A DNA stretch of 63,503 nt, counting the filler, from Patellaria atrata CBS 101060 (taxonomy: Eukaryota): NCBI GenBank assembly GCA_010093705.1. It is 5 parts of 4 records of this genome, joined end to end, with 100 filler letters (N's around TTAATTAATTAA, not from the genome) between each part and the next. Parts side by side here need not be neighbours in the genome. Positions count along the whole stretch, not along the records: positions 56,715 to 62,383 come from MU006131.1; positions 62,484 to 63,503 come from MU006143.1; 3 more parts are not named here. One strand, written 5' to 3'. Shown piece after piece: positions 57,010 to 63,503 of the stretch. The number at the start of each line of letters is the position of its first letter. Position 1 is the first letter of the stretch. The notes under the pieces were generated by a model. That model was given only the letters and a program-made list of their open reading frames with translations. It had not been told where the DNA came from and did not search any database. A program made the position numbers and the translations under genes.

Positions 57010-60000
57010 GATAGTGAACGTGTACTCGATGCATCAGCGTACCTTAAAGGAGACGCTTTGGAATGGTTCGAACCCATTGCACGAGATTATCTTGAGAACA
57101 ATGAAGAACACTAGGAAGACGAAACAGTGGAGATCTTCAAGTCGTTTCCAAAGTTCGAAGAAACGCTAAAGAACGTCTTTGGGGAAGTCGACGAACAACA
57201 GGCAGCAGAAAGAAAGCTTTAAGGACTCAGGCAGAAAGGGTCAGCTTCGAAGTATACGACTACATTCCAGTAGGTAGCATCAACATTGGGTTAGCCTAAT
57301 GAACCACTGATAATCGCTTTCTATCAAGGTTTGAAGGAAGAAGTAAAGGACGAGTGGGTTCATTATAAGAGACTAACGACCATGTAGGACGTAGTGACCT
57401 TAGCAGTTAGAATAGATAATAGGTTGTATGAGCGTAGACAGGAAAAGGGAGGACGGAAGAATGTTATGGTTGGATATAGAAAGAAGGTAATAAGGGCCAC
57501 GAATAGACAAGATTAGGGGGACCCGATGGACCTCGACCGACTGCAATAGACGAAACAAAAGAAGTCGAAGAAGCAACGATAGTTCACCCAAGAAGAAAAA
57601 GAACGCTTTACGAACAGAGCATGTCTACAATACGGAGAAGTGGGACATTTCAAGAGAGACTGTCCACAAAAAACGCAACCACCCTCACGATATAACCGAC
57701 GTATGCAACTCAGAGTCATGCACCTGACACCACCATCACCAGTCTCATCACTCGAAGAAGAAGAGATTGAAGAAACGCCACTACCATACTAGACGGGGGT
57801 AAGCAGACCACCGACACCATTTCCAACAGCAGGAAACTGGTTGGAGGAGGAGACACTCCGACAACGTTTAGACAACCGACAATGTTGGGCGTGTGGGAAC
57901 GTATGTACACACACAGCATCAGAATGCCCAACACAGAATCAAGGTTAGAGGATCAGAGTATAAACATCTGACGGACCAAGCCTCACGTATCGGATCATGG
58001 AGCAACAGCGACAGCTCGAACAAGAATTTCAAGATTGGGAACCGATCGAACCCGAACCCAATACCGATGCGAGCGAAGAACAACAACTGAACCTTGCACC
58101 AAGGGCAGAAGACTGTTTAGCCTTTCGATGGATGCAATGTAAAGAGGGTGACTGTTTATACTATAAACAGCAGAGGGCTACAGCAAAGTTCAGGGACCGA
58201 GACCCTACACATATACATTTACCTGAAAGCGAGTGCCAGGTAAAAGGGTGCAAAACACACGAAGGTGAAACGAAAACACTTGAAAAGAATCGAGGACTCG
58301 AACCACCAGTAGGCGACTGTGGGAAGTACGACAGTTTCAATTGCACAGATAAACTTAGGTGCAGACGACATTACTGGGCGCTAATCCACGCAGAATGTGT
58401 AGCAGCAACGTGGGTAGATTGCGAATATGGCACAGATTGCTAGTACTATAGAGGATTAGAAGAAGAGTTCTATAAAGGAAAAGTGTTCCCATGGGAAACA
58501 GAAGCGCTTAGAGACGAAAGGGAAACCATCGAGCAAGCCACTAGATGTGACGCGATAGACTTTGGGCAATGCGCTATTAAAGGGATGTGGTGCGATTACT
58601 ATACCGCGCAAAGATGGAGAGCAGGAATTAAAAGTAACCCAAGTCACAACGCAGTTATTAAACGAGAATGTCGAGAATTGGAATGCGAGGAACATCGTAA
58701 AGGTCCATACTACGACCGACACGACAGACTACACTGGACCGTGTGCGTGGAATCCGGTTGCCCAGTACATGGCTACGCAAAAAACTACTAAGCCACTCGA
58801 GACAGGAACGATCGAGAAGTATAGCTCCTAAGTTCCTCAAAACCCTACGAAGCAACGATAGGACGCTTTAGGTAGATGTTACCATACACGGCAAAAGAAC
58901 GACAGCGCTAGTTGATAGCGGCGCCACCGATTCGTTCATCTCACCCCGATGGGTAGAAAAGAAGAGTATACCTTACACGAAACTTGAAAATCCAGTCCCG
59001 TTGCGACTAGGAAATGGCGAAGGAACAGGATATGGACGAGGTCTGATCAACTTTAGGACCATACCAGTAGAAGTCAACGTACAAGGGAAGGTAACTACTC
59101 AGCGCATCCCCATAACCGACCTGGGAGATGTAGATATGATTCTAGGGATGGACTGGTTACAAACAGTGAACCCAGATATTGACTAGAAGACGAGAAGTAT
59201 CCAGATTGACCAAGACACCTCACGAAAGGACAGAGTCAAGCGAACAGGACGTACTAAGCAGACGGACGCTAGCATATCCGTAGGACGTATTTCGCACTGC
59301 AAGATGATGAAGATCTGCAGAAACAAACCCAAGAGCGTAGGAGCAGTATGGCTCAGGAAAATAGACGCTAAGAAGGTTTCCGAAGAACCTAAGATACCCG
59401 AAGAGTATAGCGAGTTCAAAGATTTGTTTAAGGAAGATATAGCGACTGTACTTCCGGATCACCAGACGTGGGATCATGAGATAGTGCTAAAGGAGGGTGC
59501 GAAACTACGACCCGGTCCAATTTACCCGTTGACGAGAGAACAACATGAAGCACTCGAAGAATATATCCGCACCAACTTAGAAAAGGGATATATACGACCT
59601 AGTGAAAGCCCGATGGCTTCACCGATTCTATTTGTACCAAAGAAGAATGGCAAGCTGAGATTATATGTCGACTATAGACAGCTAAACGATGCCACGGTCA
59701 AGAATAGATACCTATTGCCCTTGATCTCAGAAATCCAGGATAGGTTATAAGGAGTAAAATGGCTTACGAAATTCGATATCCGAGACGGTTACTATCGAAT
59801 CAGAATGAAAGAAGGCGAAGAATGGAAGACAGCTATGAGAACGAGGTTCGGACTGTACGAATACACAGTAATGCCGTTCGGCTTAACCAACGCCCCAGCA
59901 ACGTTCCAAGCAGTGATTAATCACGCACTAAGAGAGTATTTGGACGTATTTGTAACTGCTTACCTAGATGATATGCTAGTGTACACGAACGGAACACTCG

Positions 60001-62383
60001 AAGAGCATAGGGAGTATGTAAAGAAAGTATTAACGAAACTACGAGAAAAGAGACTCCTAGTACACCCAGACAAGTGTGAATTCCATACTAAAGAAACGGA
60101 ATTCCTAGGCTTCATCGTTACCACTGAAGGCATACGAGTAGACCCAAAAAAGATAGCTGCAATCCAAGATTAGCCGACACCGAAGAACGTAAAGGACGTA
60201 TAATCGTTCCTAGGTTTCGCGAACTACTATAGGAAGTTCATCTAGGGGTACTCGAAGGTAATAACGCCGCTGTTAGAGTTAACAAAGAAGGAAAATACCT
60301 TTGTTTAGATAGAGAAGGCCTAGGAAGCATTCGACGAACTTAAGAAGAAGTTCACCATAGCACCTATTTTAGTCATATTTGACCTAGAGAAACCGATAGT
60401 GCTAGAAACTGACGCATCTGATTATGCACTAGGTGCATGTATAAGTCAGCCAGATGAGAAAGGACGACTACACCCAGTAGCCTTTCATTCACGGAAATTC
60501 ACGGCCGCAGAGCTAAATTACGACGTACACGATAAAGAGTTGTTAGCAATCGTCGACGCATTTGAACAGTGGAGGTTATACCTTGAAGGACCCAAGTTCA
60601 CTGTAAAAGTTTGGTCAGACCATCAAAACCTGACAAACTTCCTCATAACAAAGAAGCTGAATCGAAGACAAGTAAGATGGGCAGAAACACTCGCATCTTT
60701 CAACTTCAAGATATTCCATAGACCAGGAGTCGAAAATAAACTAGCCGATACTATGAGTAGAAGATCCGACTACCTAGAAGGAACAAAACCGGTACACGAC
60801 GCGGTACTGAGGAAAGAAAACGACGCGATCACCTACAATCAACCAAAATTAGCTACAATGCTAATAATCGAATCCACGAGAGAACAACAAATTCGTGATG
60901 CCTATCAGAAGGACAGTATGATAGAAGAGTTCCGAAAGGGTAGCGACCCTAGAGCAACACAAACAGCTTAAGGAACATGGCTATACGACGGGCTCGTAGA
61001 TGTGCCAATGACACTACGAAAGACTCTTACTAAAGAGATCCATGAAGCACCAGCACATGGTCACCAAGGCATTGACAAAACCTTAGAAAGGATCCTAAGG
61101 AACTACTACTTTCCAGGGGTAAGAAGTACAGTGAAGAAAGTCATCTCAGAGTGTAATGACTACGCACGGAATAAGAGTGCAAAACATGCACCTTATGGAC
61201 AGATGCAACACATTGAGCCACCAAAGCGAGCATGGGACTCAATAACGATGGACTTCATCACAGGTCTACCAGGATCTAAAGATCCAGCAACAGGAGTAGA
61301 GTATGACGCGATATTAGTTATCGTAGAACGACTAACAAAGTTCACCTACTTCATACCAGCAAAGACGACGATGACAGCACCACAAGCAGCAGCATTAGTA
61401 ATGAGAACAGTACTAGCAAATCACTAGATGCCGAGAGAGATTATCTCAGATAGAGATAAACTGTTCAAATCAGCGTTTTAGCAAACTCTAGTACAGAGTC
61501 TAGGGGTAAACTATAAGCTATTAACGAGCTTTCACCCACAAACGGATGGCCAGACTGAGAGAATGAATCAATCTCTAGAGCAATACTTACGCAACTATGT
61601 GAATTACCAGCAGAACAACTGGGTAGAGCTACTACCAATGGCATAATTCGCACATAACAGCGCGAAATCCGATACCACGAAGGTTTCACCCTTCTATGCG
61701 AACTATGGTTTTGAACCGGAAGCATATCGTGAGCCGAGAACAGTTCAGAGCATTTCACAAGAAGCAACGTTAAAAGCAGAGCAAATCAAGGAATTGCACG
61801 CACAACTATCACGAGACATAGCTTTCCAGACGACAAGGGCTGCGAAGTACAGTAATCAGCATAGGTCGCTGGAACCGACCTTTAAAAGGGGGGACAAAGT
61901 TTACTTGTTANNNNNNNNNNNNNNNNNNNNNNNNNNNNNNNNNNNNNNNNNNNNNNNNNNNNNNNNNNNNNNNNNNNNNNNNNNNNNNNNNNNNNNNNNN
62001 NNNNNNNNNNGAGGTAGAACGAATCTTGGACCTGCAACGAGTAAATGGTCAGTACAAGTATTTAGTAAAATGGAAAGGCTACGAACACGTAGATAACACG
62101 TGGGAACCACTCAAGCACTTGACGAACTGCGATCAGAAACTTGAACAGTTTCATCGCCAAAACCAGGGAATTCCAGACCCTCGAGGGCAGAGAAATCCAA
62201 ACCAGACCAACCAGAGGGAGACACGACAGCGGAGGAAGAAGGAGCGACCGAGGAAGCTCGCTGCCCTTCGGCTGCTCGCTCCAAAGCCTCAAGTTCCTCG
62301 ATGGAACCAAGCTCACGACGAATCATTTCGCCCTCCTTCTGATCGAGAAGTTGGAGCTGCTGCATTAATCGCTCCTCACGAGC
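57010..62383 (+). mobile_element. Ty3/Gypsy chromovirus, lightly RIP-damaged
   Basis: Gag (ASAYLKGDALEWFEP), protease LVDSGATDSFIS, RT (MPFGLTNAPATFQ, YLDD), RNase H (LETDASDYALGA), integrase (HEAPAHGHQG, MDFITGLP) and chromodomain (YLVKWKGYEHVDNTWEP). Confidence 0.95.
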
Positions 62384-62483
62384 NNNNNNNNNNNNNNNNN
62401 NNNNNNNNNNNNNNNNNNNNNNNNNNNTTAATTAATTAANNNNNNNNNNNNNNNNNNNNNNNNNNNNNNNNNNNNNNNNNNNN
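62384..62483. other. Artificial contig spacer
   Basis: 44 N + TTAATTAATTAA + 44 N. Confidence 0.97.
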
Positions 62484-63503
62484 TATTATAATTTTTTCTT
62501 TTATAATAATATATTTCTTTATAATTAATAATATTTATATAATTAAATAAAAGTTAAATTATTTTTATTATTTAAACTTTTTAATATAATAAAAAACTTA
62601 ATTATTAAAAAGTTATAATAATTTATAATATCTTTAAAACTATTCTCCGCGTAAAAATAAACGATTAAATTTTTAAATATAATTATCGCTTTAATTTTTA
62701 AAAGTTAATAGAAATTAAAGAAAAAATAATTATTTAATATATTTTAAATTTAAATATATAAGACTTTTTATCTTAATTAATTAATATAGAAAAAATAGCT
62801 AATTTACTTTTTATAGAATATAATATAAAATATATTAAAAAATATTAAATAAAGAATTTTATTAAATAATAATTAAAGTTAAAAATATATTTTTCTTATA
62901 TTTATAATTTCTAAAAAACTCTTTATAAAAATTTAAATATAATAAATATATAGTTTTATCTAATAATTAATATATATATAAAATATATAATTTAAGATAT
63001 TAATCTTTATAATTTTAATAAAATAAACTTTATAATAAATATTATTTATAATAATATAATTATTATATATATTAATAAATATAATAAAAATAAATAACTT
63101 TAATTTAATAATTATAAATAAACTATAATAATTAAATATATAAATAATAATAATTTATATTATTTTCTTTCTTAATTATATAAAATATTAACTATTTTAT
63201 ATTTTAATATATTAAATATAATCTTTTATTTTTCTAAATTATTAAGATTTTATTAAATAATTAAATAGATAAAAAGATAATTATAAACTAAATTTAATAT
63301 TTCTATTAATATATAAATATTTAATAAAAAAATATTTATTAAATAATTATTTTTAATAAATATATAAGCTATTTATTAATTTAATTTAAGAAATTTTATA
63401 AAGAAAAAAATATTATTATTATTTATTTATTTATATATTCTTTATATTTTATTTAATCTTTAAATATTAAATATTTTAATATATTAAAATAAATATATAA
63501 TTA
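62484..63503. repeat. AT-rich RIP relic
   Basis: Almost only A/T, depleted of CpA/TpG. Confidence 0.85.

Noticed and set aside
1..63503. Starship captain (DUF3435 tyrosine recombinase)
   Set aside because: I could not recognise any ORF or relic with captain-like features, so a Starship is inferred only from auxiliary genes.

Overview
Fungal (filamentous ascomycete-type) accessory DNA with spliceosomal introns and widespread RIP-like C>T/G>A damage. The window is not one continuous locus. Four 100-bp artificial spacers (44 N + TTAATTAATTAA + 44 N) split it into five pieces: 1-18554, 18655-44769, 44870-56614, 56715-62383 and 62484-63503. Piece 1 holds a decayed Starship-type gene set (ferric reductase/NOX-like, MADS-like, DUF3723 plus coiled coil, patatin-like phospholipase N-terminus) between two Ty1/Copia elements; the second Copia is intact, young and inserted into the phospholipase. 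Piece 2 starts with two nested termini of a DUF3505(OrsD)-type element, both joined to a telomere-like CCTAAC motif. It then carries an apparently intact five-gene cluster: a HET-domain gene, two paralogous membrane/coiled-coil genes, and a divergent gamma-glutamyl cyclotransferase plus amidoligase pair. After that come a HET pseudogene, a conserved membrane protein, a LINE relic, a rearranged Copia with 71-bp LTRs and a HET-NB-ARC-TPR NLR. Pieces 3-5 are RIP-degraded Gypsy elements with nested Copia insertions and AT-rich RIP relics. The best candidates for undescribed systems are the HET/GGCT/amidoligase cluster and the CCTAAC-targeting DUF3505 element. All family assignments come from motif recognition by eye; no database search was run.
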